20,597 nucleotides of DNA from Vitreoscilla sp. (GCA_018780145.1 JADMKA010000243.1:1-20597); one strand, 5' to 3'; counted from the first letter of the stretch, positions 1 to 7,810 are shown. The notes: generated by a model from the sequence alone, not told the origin. Program-made: numbers and translations.

Positions 1-2
1 AC

Positions 3-629
3 GCGATGGTGCGCGACGTGGTGACGGTGCAGGACGTGGTCGGCTCGCCGATGATCGCCGACCCGCTGCACCGGCTCGACTGCTGCGTCATCAGCGACGG
101 CGGCGGCGCGCTCGTCGTGGTGCGGCCGGAGATCGCACGCCAGCTCAAGCGCCCGCTGGTCAAGGTCATCGGCACGGGCGAGTTCATGCGTGCGCAGATC
201 GGCGGCAAGGTCGACTTGCTGACCACCGGCGCGGCCTGGACCGGACCGGCGGCATTCGCCGAGGCCGGCGTGAAGCCCGCCGACATCCAGTACGCGTCGA
301 TCTACGACAGCTTCACGATCACCGTGCTGCTGACGCTGGAAGACCTGGGCTTCTGCAAGAAGGGCGAGGGCGGTCGCTTCGTGTCCGACGGCAACCTGAT
401 CTCCGGCTCCGGCAAGCTGCCCTTCAACACCGACGGCGGCGGCCTGTGCAACAACCATCCAGGCAACCGGGGCGGCATGACCAAGGTGATCGAGGCAGTG
501 CGCCAGCTGCGTGCAGAGGCGCACCCCAAGGTGCAGATTCCGAACTGCAGGCTGGCACTGGCGCACGGCACCGGCGGCTCGCTGGGTACCCGGCACGGCA
601 GCGGCACATTGATCATGGAGCGCGAATGA
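3..629 (+). CDS. Thiolase-like (SCP-x / lipid-transfer type) protein, C-terminal part; the 5' end lies outside the window
   Basis: The open frame runs from the window edge. It contains 'FNTDGGGLCNNHPGN' and 'LALAHGTGGSLG', which are typical C-terminal thiolase-fold motifs. Its TGA stop (627-629) overlaps the next gene's ATG (ATGA). Confidence 0.8.
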   Translation, partial: AMVRDVVTVQDVVGSPMIADPLHRLDCCVISDGGGALVVVRPEIARQLKRPLVKVIGTGEFMRAQIGGKVDLLTTGAAWTGPAAFAEAGVKPADIQYASIYDSFTITVLLTLEDLGFCKKGEGGRFVSDGNLISGSGKLPFNTDGGGLCNNHPGNRGGMTKVIEAVRQLRAEAHPKVQIPNCRLALAHGTGGSLGTRHGSGTLIMERE

Positions 630-1024
630 GCATCACCATCGGACGGCGCGAGATGCCCGCGCCCGCTGTGACCCCGGAAACGCGGCCGTTCTGGGAAGCC
701 GCCGCCGAAGGCCGGCTGCTCGTCAAGCGCTGCGACGACTGTGGCGAGCACCACTACTACCCGCGCGCGGCCTGCCCGTTCTGCGGCAGCGAGCGCACGC
801 AGTGGCGGCAGGCGAGCGGGCAGGGCACGATCTACAGCTTCAGCGTGATGCGCAGGGCCGAGGTGCCGTATGTGGTGGCCTACGTGACGCTCGAGGAGGG
901 GCCGACGATGATGACCAACATCGTCGACACCGAGGCCGACGGCATCCGCATTGGCCAGCGTGTCGTGGTGCACTTCCAGCCGAGCGACGGCGGCCCGCCG
1001 CTGCCGGTGTTCGCGCCGGCCTGA
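626..1024 (+). CDS. DUF35 / OB-fold plus zinc-ribbon acyl-CoA-associated protein, the usual partner of SCP-x-type thiolases
   Basis: The start was placed at ATG 626 (ATGA overlap with the upstream gene), not at the ORF-track start of 446. There is a four-Cys zinc ribbon, 'CDDCGEHHYYPRAACPFCGS'. An OB-fold-like 'GTIYSFSVM...VAYVTLEEGPTMMTNI' segment follows it. Confidence 0.85.
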   Translation: MSITIGRREMPAPAVTPETRPFWEAAAEGRLLVKRCDDCGEHHYYPRAACPFCGSERTQWRQASGQGTIYSFSVMRRAEVPYVVAYVTLEEGPTMMTNIVDTEADGIRIGQRVVVHFQPSDGGPPLPVFAPA

Positions 1025-1093
1025 TCGCAGCGACAACGCAGAGGACTCATCGATCTTCTCGGCCGTGGGCTGCGCGCAGCGCGACTCACGGGC

Positions 1094-2185
1094 TCAGGAG
1101 CGTGCGCCCTTCAGGCGCCGATAGATCGTGTGGCGGCTGATACCCAGTAGGTGGGCTGCAGACGTCACGTTGCCGTTCACACGCGCCAGCGCGGCCTCGA
1201 TGCATTGCATCTCGATGTCGGACAGACGCTGAAGACTCGGGCCGTCACCCCTGGCTTGGCGCGGCGGCTCGACCGATTCGCCTGACGTGCCCGCGTCTTC
1301 CATTGTTTCCATTGATGATCCTGGCCGCACTCCGTGCTCCTCGCCCAGCTCGATGCGCCCGAAGACTCGCAGCCCGCCTGTAGTTTGCCACTCGCTCAAT
1401 CCCGATCGCGAACCGTGGAGCCGGCCGAAGACGCGGTTCATGTCGATGCCGAAAGTGTCGTCGAACCGGCAGCCGACGAGATCCAGGGCTTCTGCCCTGA
1501 GCATCGACCGCGCCGGGCGGTTGGCGGCCACAATGGCCCCATCCCCACCGACGAGCAGAATGCACCCGCTCGGCGACCCTACCCAGTCCGGATGGACGTG
1601 GAAGTCGAACCGCCAAACGTCGCCGGCCGGGCGGAGAATGGCCGACTCGATCGACCTGGCCGTATCCACCGCCAAAGCCAGAGCGTCGAATGCTGGCGCT
1701 CTGCCAAAGACCGTGATGTTCAACGCACCCGTCACGTGCTGGTGCCGGCCTTCGATCGGCACCGCAACACAGTGGAACTTGTTCAGACGGCTGCTGAAGT
1801 GTTGCTCGCCGAACACAATAGACGGCGCACCCTCTGCCAGGGCGATCGAAGGTGCCGTGGCACCGACGCAGCGTTCGTCCAGCGTGATGCCAACGCGTGT
1901 GCTCACCGAGAGATCTTGCGCACACGCGTCGATCCTGCCGTAGCGCCGGATCACCGTACCGCGCCGATCGAGCAACAAGAGAATGCAGTCGGTGGCTCCG
2001 GCCAGGCCTCGGCTCAGCAACTGCAGGTGAGGCTGCGCGCAAGCGATGAGTTCGTGGTGCCTTTCATCGATTTCGTCCAGCGCACCGCGTGACACGAGTT
2101 CGAACTGAACCGGGTCTTCTGGACGCATGCCTGCCGCAACGCAGCGACTCCAGGCTCGTTGAATAGGGTTCGAGAGGTCTGTCAT
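1094..2185 (-). CDS. AcoR-like transcriptional regulator with a GAF-type effector domain and a Fis-type HTH, lacking the sigma-54 AAA+ module
   Basis: The start was placed at ATG 2185, with GGAGG 7 nt upstream on the minus strand. The N-terminus 'IQRAWSRCVAAGM...' resembles AcoR-family sensor domains. The C-terminus 'NVTSAAHLLGISRHTIYRRLK' is a Fis-type (HTH_8) helix-turn-helix. No Walker A or GAFTGA segment lies between them, and the protein is only 363 aa. Confidence 0.75.
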   Translation of the reverse strand: MTDLSNPIQRAWSRCVAAGMRPEDPVQFELVSRGALDEIDERHHELIACAQPHLQLLSRGLAGATDCILLLLDRRGTVIRRYGRIDACAQDLSVSTRVGITLDERCVGATAPSIALAEGAPSIVFGEQHFSSRLNKFHCVAVPIEGRHQHVTGALNITVFGRAPAFDALALAVDTARSIESAILRPAGDVWRFDFHVHPDWVGSPSGCILLVGGDGAIVAANRPARSMLRAEALDLVGCRFDDTFGIDMNRVFGRLHGSRSGLSEWQTTGGLRVFGRIELGEEHGVRPGSSMETMEDAGTSGESVEPPRQARGDGPSLQRLSDIEMQCIEAALARVNGNVTSAAHLLGISRHTIYRRLKGARS

Positions 2186-2563
2186 TTGCTTGCCTCCATC
2201 GGGCCTCCTCAGCAAACCAGGGCACCAACTCGGGTCGAACCCGAACTGGGGTGAACCCTAGGACCGGTGCAGTCTGCGACACCAAGCCGGGGCCAGAACG
2301 GCAACTCTTCCATGTGCAGGATAGCGCTGCGGGAGCTCGGCATGTCTCGGTAGTTCCCACGATGTAGCTGGCGCAACGACGCGGCTCGGGCCGCCGCAGC
2401 CTTGGCGGCGCGCAGTTGAGCCGGCGTACAGGCTCTACGTGTTTTCACTGATTGGCGCTGCCGCTCCGCCGCGACCCTTGACAATTCTCTTGCGGCGGCT
2501 TGACCGGCCGATCCCGTCAGTCAAACAACACGCAAGTCGACTTCGGTCGGCTCAGGAGACAGA

Positions 2564-3901
2564 ATGGACCTCAAGCGGATCACTTCGATTCTTGTCGTTG
2601 GCGGTGGCCTTGTGGCGTCGGGTGGCATCGCGCACGCCACCAACGTCGGCACCGACGCCAACCTCGGCTACAAGCCGGCGGCCGGCGCCATGGGCGGGGC
2701 GGCCTACACGGCACCGCAAGAGGCCTCGTCGGCATTGTTCGGCAACCCGGCGACATTGACCTCGCTCAAAGGCACGAACTTCAACTTCGGCGCTTCATAC
2801 CTTGGCGTCACGGCCGAGAACACTCAGTCCAGCGTCGCTGGAACGAACCGCAGCCGCTCGCGTGCGAAAGACTACATCCTTCCAGACGTTGCGGTGAAGT
2901 TCGACCTCGCCAATGGGGGCGCTGTCGGTCTCGGGCTCGAAGCCGATGCCGGCTTGGGGGCCGACTATCGAAACGCGCCGATTTCGCTGGTCGGCGTGAA
3001 CGGAGCGGCCTCGTTGCCGCTGGTGGTGGAGTTGATCTCGTTCAACGCCAACGCCGGCTATGCGCAGAAGATCACCCCGCAACTGAGTGTCGGCGCCGCG
3101 CTGACGGTGGGCTTTGCCCTGGCGCAACTCGGCACGGCCGGCCCAACGAGCGGGCTTCCGCCCGCGCTCGGAGACTTCGGCGGCACCACGAGCAGCGTGC
3201 ACGCCTTCGGCGGCGGCGTGTCGATCGGGGCCACATACGAAGCGACGCCTGAGTTGAAGGTCGGTGCCGCTTACAAGTCGCCGGTGCGCTACAAGTTGAA
3301 GGAGGTCGTGCACACGAGTGTTGCCTCGGCGGGGTATCAGGATCTCACCCTCGAGCAACCCGGCGAGGTGGTGTTGGGTTTGGCAGCGGGTGCGCAGGGA
3401 CCTTGGTTGTTGGAAGCCGACCTGGTGTGGAAGAACTGGTCGAGGGCAAAGACCTACCAGGACGTGTGGAAAGACCAGTGGCTGCTCGCGCTCGGCGGCC
3501 AGTATTCGATCGGACCGTGGAAGCTTCGGGCGGGCTACCACTATTCGAGCGACATCATGCGCAAGACACCCAACAACACGCTTGGTGGTCTGGTGGGGCT
3601 GGGCACGGTGCCCCTGGGCAGTGCGGCCGAGGCAGCGGGCCTCGGCGAGGTCGCCCGCGACGTGGTCCGTGTCGTGCAGACGACGCTGGTGCCCGTTGTC
3701 ATGAAGCACACCCTTAGCGCCGGCTTCGGCTACCAGATCGACAAGTCGATGCGACTGGATGTCTACGGCGCCAAGGCGTTCAAGGGCAGTGTCGAACGCT
3801 CGGACCCGAACGCGGCGGCGACGCTGGGGGCCCCGGTAACCACATTCAAGGGTGAAGCGTCGATCTGGACCATCGGCGCTGGCTTGCACTTCGCATTCTG
3901 A
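2564..3901 (+). CDS. Outer-membrane transport protein for hydrophobic compounds (FadL/TodX/OmpP1 family)
   Basis: It has a signal peptide, 'MDLKRITSILVVGGGLVASGGIAHA'. The 'ALFGNPATLTSL' motif is typical of the FadL N-terminal region. The sequence shows amphipathic beta-strand periodicity and ends in the aromatic terminus 'GLHFAF'. AGGAG lies 6 nt upstream of the ATG. Confidence 0.8.
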   Translation: MDLKRITSILVVGGGLVASGGIAHATNVGTDANLGYKPAAGAMGGAAYTAPQEASSALFGNPATLTSLKGTNFNFGASYLGVTAENTQSSVAGTNRSRSRAKDYILPDVAVKFDLANGGAVGLGLEADAGLGADYRNAPISLVGVNGAASLPLVVELISFNANAGYAQKITPQLSVGAALTVGFALAQLGTAGPTSGLPPALGDFGGTTSSVHAFGGGVSIGATYEATPELKVGAAYKSPVRYKLKEVVHTSVASAGYQDLTLEQPGEVVLGLAAGAQGPWLLEADLVWKNWSRAKTYQDVWKDQWLLALGGQYSIGPWKLRAGYHYSSDIMRKTPNNTLGGLVGLGTVPLGSAAEAAGLGEVARDVVRVVQTTLVPVVMKHTLSAGFGYQIDKSMRLDVYGAKAFKGSVERSDPNAAATLGAPVTTFKGEASIWTIGAGLHFAF

Positions 3902-3908
3902 GTCGGAG

Positions 3909-3934
3909 CGGACAGGGAACAGGGCGCCTGTCCG
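3909..3934 (+). other. Intergenic stem-loop between the FadL-like gene and pmoC (8-bp stem CGGACAGG/CCTGTCCG, 10-nt loop)
   Basis: The inverted repeat was read directly (3909-3916 and 3927-3934). No U-tract follows, so it is not a classic terminator. It could be an RNA processing or stability element. Confidence 0.4.
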
Positions 3935-3973
3935 GAAGAACTTGCCCTGGATCAGCGAAGGAAAGGAAACGAC

Positions 3974-4771
3974 ATGTCGGCAGTTATCGGATCAGGTCGG
4001 TCGCAGACGCCAAGTCAGGCGGCGGTAACCGAGCAGAAGATGTTCAAGTTCGGGCCGGTGGCCATCGTTTGGGGGCTGATGGCAGCCATTTACCTGGGGC
4101 TTCGGGTCTTCCAGCAGGAATTCGGGTTCAGCGTGGGTTTGGACTCTACAACGCCCGAATTCGAGTCGCACTGGATGCGTCTGTTTCAGATCGAGGTGCC
4201 ACTGATTTTCGGCACAGGCTTTGCCGTCTGGCTCTACCTCTGGTTCACGCGCGACAAAAACATGGACAGTCTGCAGCCGAAGGAGGAACTGCGGCGATAC
4301 TTTTCGCTGGTGGCTTGGTTTCTTCTGTACACGTTCTCCTTCCTCTGGATCGCCAGCTTCTTCGGCGAGGGAGACGCAGTCTGGCACCAGACCGTCGTTC
4401 GCGACACGTCGTTCACGCCGAGCCACATCGTGGTGTTTTACGCGTGCGTTCCGATGTACATCGTGTTCGGGGTTTCGAGCCTGCTCTACGCAACAACCCG
4501 GCTCCCGCGCTTCGCGAAAGGCTACTCGGTGCCCCTGATCATGGCCGTGCTCGGGCCGGCGCTGATCCTGCCGAACCTCGGATACAACGAGTGGGGGCAT
4601 GCGTTCTGGCTGACCGAGGAGATCTTCAGTCACCCGCTGCACTGGGGCTTCCCGATTCTCGGTTGGACCGGTTTCGCGCTCGGCGGTGTGCTATTGCAGG
4701 CGCTGACGCGGATGTACGAGTTGTTCCGTGAGATCGACGGCACTTCGGAGCCGGCGAAAGCGACAGCCTGA
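3974..4771 (+). CDS. pmoC: Copper membrane monooxygenase subunit C (PmoC/AmoC/HmoC family)
   Basis: 'GEGDAVWHQTVVRDTSFTPSHIVVFY' matches the PmoC core as I recall it ('EQDGTWHQTIVRDTDFTPSHI'). 'NEWGHAFWLTEEIFSHPLHWGF' matches the second conserved Asn/His/His region. The protein is multi-pass and hydrophobic. An AAGGAAAGGA ribosome-binding site lies upstream. Confidence 0.9.
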   Translation: MSAVIGSGRSQTPSQAAVTEQKMFKFGPVAIVWGLMAAIYLGLRVFQQEFGFSVGLDSTTPEFESHWMRLFQIEVPLIFGTGFAVWLYLWFTRDKNMDSLQPKEELRRYFSLVAWFLLYTFSFLWIASFFGEGDAVWHQTVVRDTSFTPSHIVVFYACVPMYIVFGVSSLLYATTRLPRFAKGYSVPLIMAVLGPALILPNLGYNEWGHAFWLTEEIFSHPLHWGFPILGWTGFALGGVLLQALTRMYELFREIDGTSEPAKATA

Positions 4772-4789
4772 GCAAACCCGTTTCGAAAA

Positions 4790-4817
4790 GCGGAGCGGGC
4801 GTGGCGGAGCGGGCGTC
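4790..4817 (+). repeat. Tandem 14-nt direct repeat (GCGGAGCGGGCGTG / GCGGAGCGGGCGTC) in the pmoC-pmoA intergenic region
   Basis: The repeat was read directly, with 13 of 14 positions identical. The second copy (GAGCGGG, 4808-4814) can pair with CCCGCTC (4828-4834) as a 7-bp stem. Confidence 0.7.
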
Positions 4818-4870
4818 CAACTGCGACCCCGCTCAGCCAAAGAAGAGCTAAACGATAGAAGGAGTCCCGT

Positions 4871-5683
4871 ATGGGTACAAACGATAGGGCGGTGCTCGAC
4901 TTGTCGGGCTTGTCGCCACAAAGCGAAAGATGGTCCAGAACATTCGACCTGCTGATCGTGGTTATTGCTGCGTTTCTGGTCTGGGCTGTTTCGCACATCA
5001 ACTTCCTGCTCTTCGCGGGCGACTGGGACTTCTTCATCGACTGGAAAGACCGTCAATACTGGGTGCTGATCTACCCGATCAGCGTCATCGTCACGGCGGC
5101 CGCTTTCCAGGCCATCTTCTGGCATCTGTTCCGGTTGCCGATCGGGGCTACCGCCAGCATGCTGTTGCTGCTGCTGAGTGTCTGGATCGTTCGATACCAC
5201 GCTTGGGAAGGCTGGGCAGGATTCCCCTTGAGCCTGGTCGTGCCGGGAACATGCCTGATGGGAGCGCTGGCGCTGGACGCACTGCTGGTCATTACACGCA
5301 GCTGGGTGCTGACGGGGGCCTTCGGTGGGGTGCTGTTCGCGATGTTGTTCTACCCGAGCAATTGGCCTTATCTGGCGCCGTACTTCCTGCCGGTGGAACA
5401 CATGGGTTCGGTGGCGCCGCTGGCGGATCTGATCGGCTACACCTTCCCGCGCACGGCGACGCCCGAGTACATCCGGATCATCGAGCGCGGCAACTTGCGC
5501 ACCTTCGAGAATGCTGCCGTTTGGGTGTCGAGTTTCTTCGCCGGATTCATCTGCATCTTCATGTACTGGATATTCTGGCAAGTAGGGGTGCTCGCGTGCC
5601 GCACAACGTCGATCCCGGTCGGTCAGCGATTCAAGGCAATGTTCGCCGGCAATGACGTTGAGGCGAAGGGGGTTTCGCAATGA
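4871..5683 (+). CDS. pmoA: Copper membrane monooxygenase subunit A (PmoA/AmoA/HmoA family)
   Basis: 'GDWDFFIDWKDRQYW' and 'TATPEYIRIIERGNLRTF' match the PmoA/AmoA signatures as I recall them ('GDWDFWSDWKDRRLW', 'TGTPEYIRMVEKGTLRTF'). AAGGAG lies 7 nt upstream of the ATG. The stop overlaps the pmoB start (ATGA). Confidence 0.9.
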   Translation: MGTNDRAVLDLSGLSPQSERWSRTFDLLIVVIAAFLVWAVSHINFLLFAGDWDFFIDWKDRQYWVLIYPISVIVTAAAFQAIFWHLFRLPIGATASMLLLLLSVWIVRYHAWEGWAGFPLSLVVPGTCLMGALALDALLVITRSWVLTGAFGGVLFAMLFYPSNWPYLAPYFLPVEHMGSVAPLADLIGYTFPRTATPEYIRIIERGNLRTFENAAVWVSSFFAGFICIFMYWIFWQVGVLACRTTSIPVGQRFKAMFAGNDVEAKGVSQ

Positions 5684-6939
5684 GTGCCATCAAAGACATG
5701 GTGCTCCGAGCCTTGCTGTGGATTTGCGTGGCTGTCGGTTGCATTCCGGTTCCCGCCCTGGCCCACGGCGAGCGTTCAACAGAGCCCTACATCCGTACCC
5801 GAAGTCTGCACTGGTACGACGTGACCTGGTCCGCCGACAAGGTCAAGGTGAACGAAAGCGTCATCGTCGAAGGGAAGTTCCGGGTCTTCAGCGATTGGCC
5901 GGACGCGGTGTCCAAGCCGGACTTGGTCTTCTTGGCATCCGGAGCACCGTCGGCCATGTTGGTGCGCAACGAGAGCTACATCAACGAGTTGCCGGCACGC
6001 CAGTCGATCAAGAACCTGGAACTCGGGCGCGACTACTCGTTCAAGCTGGTCATGCGCGGTCGGGTTCCCGGCAAGTGGCATCTTCACCCGATGTTGAACA
6101 TATCGGGCGCGGGGCCGGTGATCGGGCCCGGCAGTTGGGTCGAAGTCGCCGGGAACGCGGCGGATTTCCGGGAGTCCGTGACGACCTTGCACGGAACGAA
6201 GATCGACGACCTCCAGAACTACGGCGTGGCGCGGGCGCAGGCTTGGCAGGCGGGCTACGCACTGATCGCGGTGGCCTGGTTGCTGTGGTGGCTGCGTCGG
6301 CCGCTGATCATTCCGCGGTGGCGCGCGCTCGAACGAGGTCGCGAAGATCTGCTCGTCACGACCAAGGACGACAAGGTTGCGGTGGGACTTCTGGTGCTGG
6401 TGCTCGCGGTGGTCATCGTCGGATTCACCCAGACGCAGAAGGATTACCCACAATTGGTGCCCTTGCAGGCAGGCGTTGGGTATACACCTCCCCTGCCCGA
6501 GCAACCAACGGCTGTCGCGATCAAGTTCAAACGTGCGGAGTACGACGTTCCCGGGAGAACAATGCGAGTGACTGCAGAGTTCACAAACAAGTCCGACAAG
6601 CCGCAGCGCATCGGGGAGTTCACGACGGCGGGGTTGCGTTTCGTGAACAAGAACCTGCCGGCCGCCGTCGCCGCCGTCGACCCGAAGTTCCCCAAGGAAC
6701 TCGTGCCGGCCAATGGACTGCGTGTCGACAAGGACGCGCCGCTGCAGCCGGGTGAAAAGCGCGTGGTGACAATCGACGCCTCCGACGCAGCGTGGGAAGT
6801 GGAGCGGCTGGTGAGTTTCCTGACCAACGTCGACGCGCGGACCGGCGGCCTGGTGTTTTTCTACGACGACAGCGGGAAGCGCTCGATTGGCGAGGTGTTC
6901 GGCCCAATCCTTCCGGTGTTCAAGGGTGTTCGCTTGTGA
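5680..6939 (+). CDS. pmoB: Copper membrane monooxygenase subunit B (PmoB/AmoB/HmoB family)
   Basis: The signal peptide ends 'PALA|HGERS', giving an N-terminal His on the mature protein. 'GKWHLHPMLNISGAGPVIGPG' matches the PmoB 'WHVHTMMNVQGGGPIIGPG' region. Two central TM helices separate two periplasmic domains. Confidence 0.9.
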   Translation: MSAIKDMVLRALLWICVAVGCIPVPALAHGERSTEPYIRTRSLHWYDVTWSADKVKVNESVIVEGKFRVFSDWPDAVSKPDLVFLASGAPSAMLVRNESYINELPARQSIKNLELGRDYSFKLVMRGRVPGKWHLHPMLNISGAGPVIGPGSWVEVAGNAADFRESVTTLHGTKIDDLQNYGVARAQAWQAGYALIAVAWLLWWLRRPLIIPRWRALERGREDLLVTTKDDKVAVGLLVLVLAVVIVGFTQTQKDYPQLVPLQAGVGYTPPLPEQPTAVAIKFKRAEYDVPGRTMRVTAEFTNKSDKPQRIGEFTTAGLRFVNKNLPAAVAAVDPKFPKELVPANGLRVDKDAPLQPGEKRVVTIDASDAAWEVERLVSFLTNVDARTGGLVFFYDDSGKRSIGEVFGPILPVFKGVRL

Positions 6940-6955
6940 GAATGGGTCGAGACCG

Positions 6956-7810
6956 GTGCGAATCGGGCGCATGGCGGCAACGTGGATGCTGTCGTTCATC
7001 GTTGCTGCCTGCGGCGACGCGGGCGAAGACCGCAGGCGCCCGATGCCATTCGCCTACGCGCTTGCAGGAGAACGCGCCTGCGATTCGCCGATGCCGGGGG
7101 GGCGCGACAAACACGGTGCTTGGCGTGTCGTCGAAGGCGTCCTGGCATTCACGGTCAAGGCGCCTGAGAACTACGATCCGACACGATTGCACCCTCTGCT
7201 TGTCGTCTACGCGCCCGCCGGCGCGAGTGCAATGGATACCGAGCGCTACACCCGGCTCACCGCGCCCGCCACTCGCCGCGGATTCGTCGTTGCCTACGTC
7301 GACCATCGGCCTGTGAATCCGCGGTCGGTCAAGGCGCTCGCCGCGGTGGCCGGTGGGGTGGCCAGGAAGTGGTGTATCGACGCGCAGCGAATTTACTTCG
7401 CCGGCCACTCCGACGGCGGTACGGTGTCCACCGCGCTGGCTCTGATGCACGAAACGCGGGGCACGGCGCGGGCCATTGCCGTCAGCGCGGCCGGCATGAG
7501 GCCCAGCGACGCCGGGCAATTCGGCTGCCCTCAGCCATTGCCCGTGTGGCTGATGCACGGCTCGGGAGACACGCACTTTCCCGGCTGGGGGGCCGAAATG
7601 GCCGCTTGGTGGGCGCAGTGCAACCGATGCACCGGCGAGCGCGGGACGGCCGACGCAGACGGCTGCGCAGCGTACAACGGATGTGCCGCAGGCGCTCCTG
7701 TCGTCTATTGCGAGGTGCCGATGAAACACACTCAATGGCCCGGACTGCAGGACCGCATGACCGACTTCCTCCTTTCAGACGGCAGGAACCGGAACGAGGC
7801 TCGCCAGTGA
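6956..7810 (+). CDS. Alpha/beta-hydrolase esterase of the PHB-depolymerase/LpqC type; probable lipoprotein
   Basis: It has the nucleophile elbow 'GHSDGG' and a Cys-rich C-terminal region typical of this esterase family. The preferred start is GTG 6956, which gives 'MRIGRMAATWMLSFIVAAC' with lipobox VAAC. ATG 6971 is the alternative start. The ORF-track start of 6887 would overlap pmoB. Confidence 0.7.
   Translation: MRIGRMAATWMLSFIVAACGDAGEDRRRPMPFAYALAGERACDSPMPGGRDKHGAWRVVEGVLAFTVKAPENYDPTRLHPLLVVYAPAGASAMDTERYTRLTAPATRRGFVVAYVDHRPVNPRSVKALAAVAGGVARKWCIDAQRIYFAGHSDGGTVSTALALMHETRGTARAIAVSAAGMRPSDAGQFGCPQPLPVWLMHGSGDTHFPGWGAEMAAWWAQCNRCTGERGTADADGCAAYNGCAAGAPVVYCEVPMKHTQWPGLQDRMTDFLLSDGRNRNEARQ

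Noticed and set aside
1069-1080. The 12-nt perfect palindrome GCTGCGCGCAGC between the convergent DUF35 and regulator genes; a possible bidirectional terminator.
   Set aside because: It is too short, has no loop and has no flanking T/A tracts. Such GC palindromes occur by chance in DNA of this composition.
2186-2563. A search for a sigma-54 (-24/-12, TGGCAC-N5-TTGC) promoter, given the AcoR-like regulator. The search also covered 16701-16946 and the TGGCAC at 11068-11073.
   Set aside because: No site has the correct GG/GC spacing. The TGGCAC at 11068 directly abuts the ribosome-binding site and start codon of the CoA-transferase gene and lacks a TTGC element. The regulator also lacks the AAA+ domain, so sigma-54 dependence is not expected.
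3974-6939. Calling the organism a methanotroph or ammonia oxidiser on the basis of pmoCAB/amoCAB homology.
   Set aside because: Family membership does not define the substrate. The window contains no C1-assimilation, mxaI, hao or cycAB-type genes. The neighbouring enzymes instead fit metabolism of multi-carbon alcohols and aldehydes.
2795-6999. Minus-strand ORFs at 2795-3889, 3992-4642, 4691-5680 and 5776-6999, opposite the FadL-like and pmoCAB genes.
   Set aside because: All lie antisense to genes with strong family signatures. None has a recognisable domain or a plausible ribosome-binding site.
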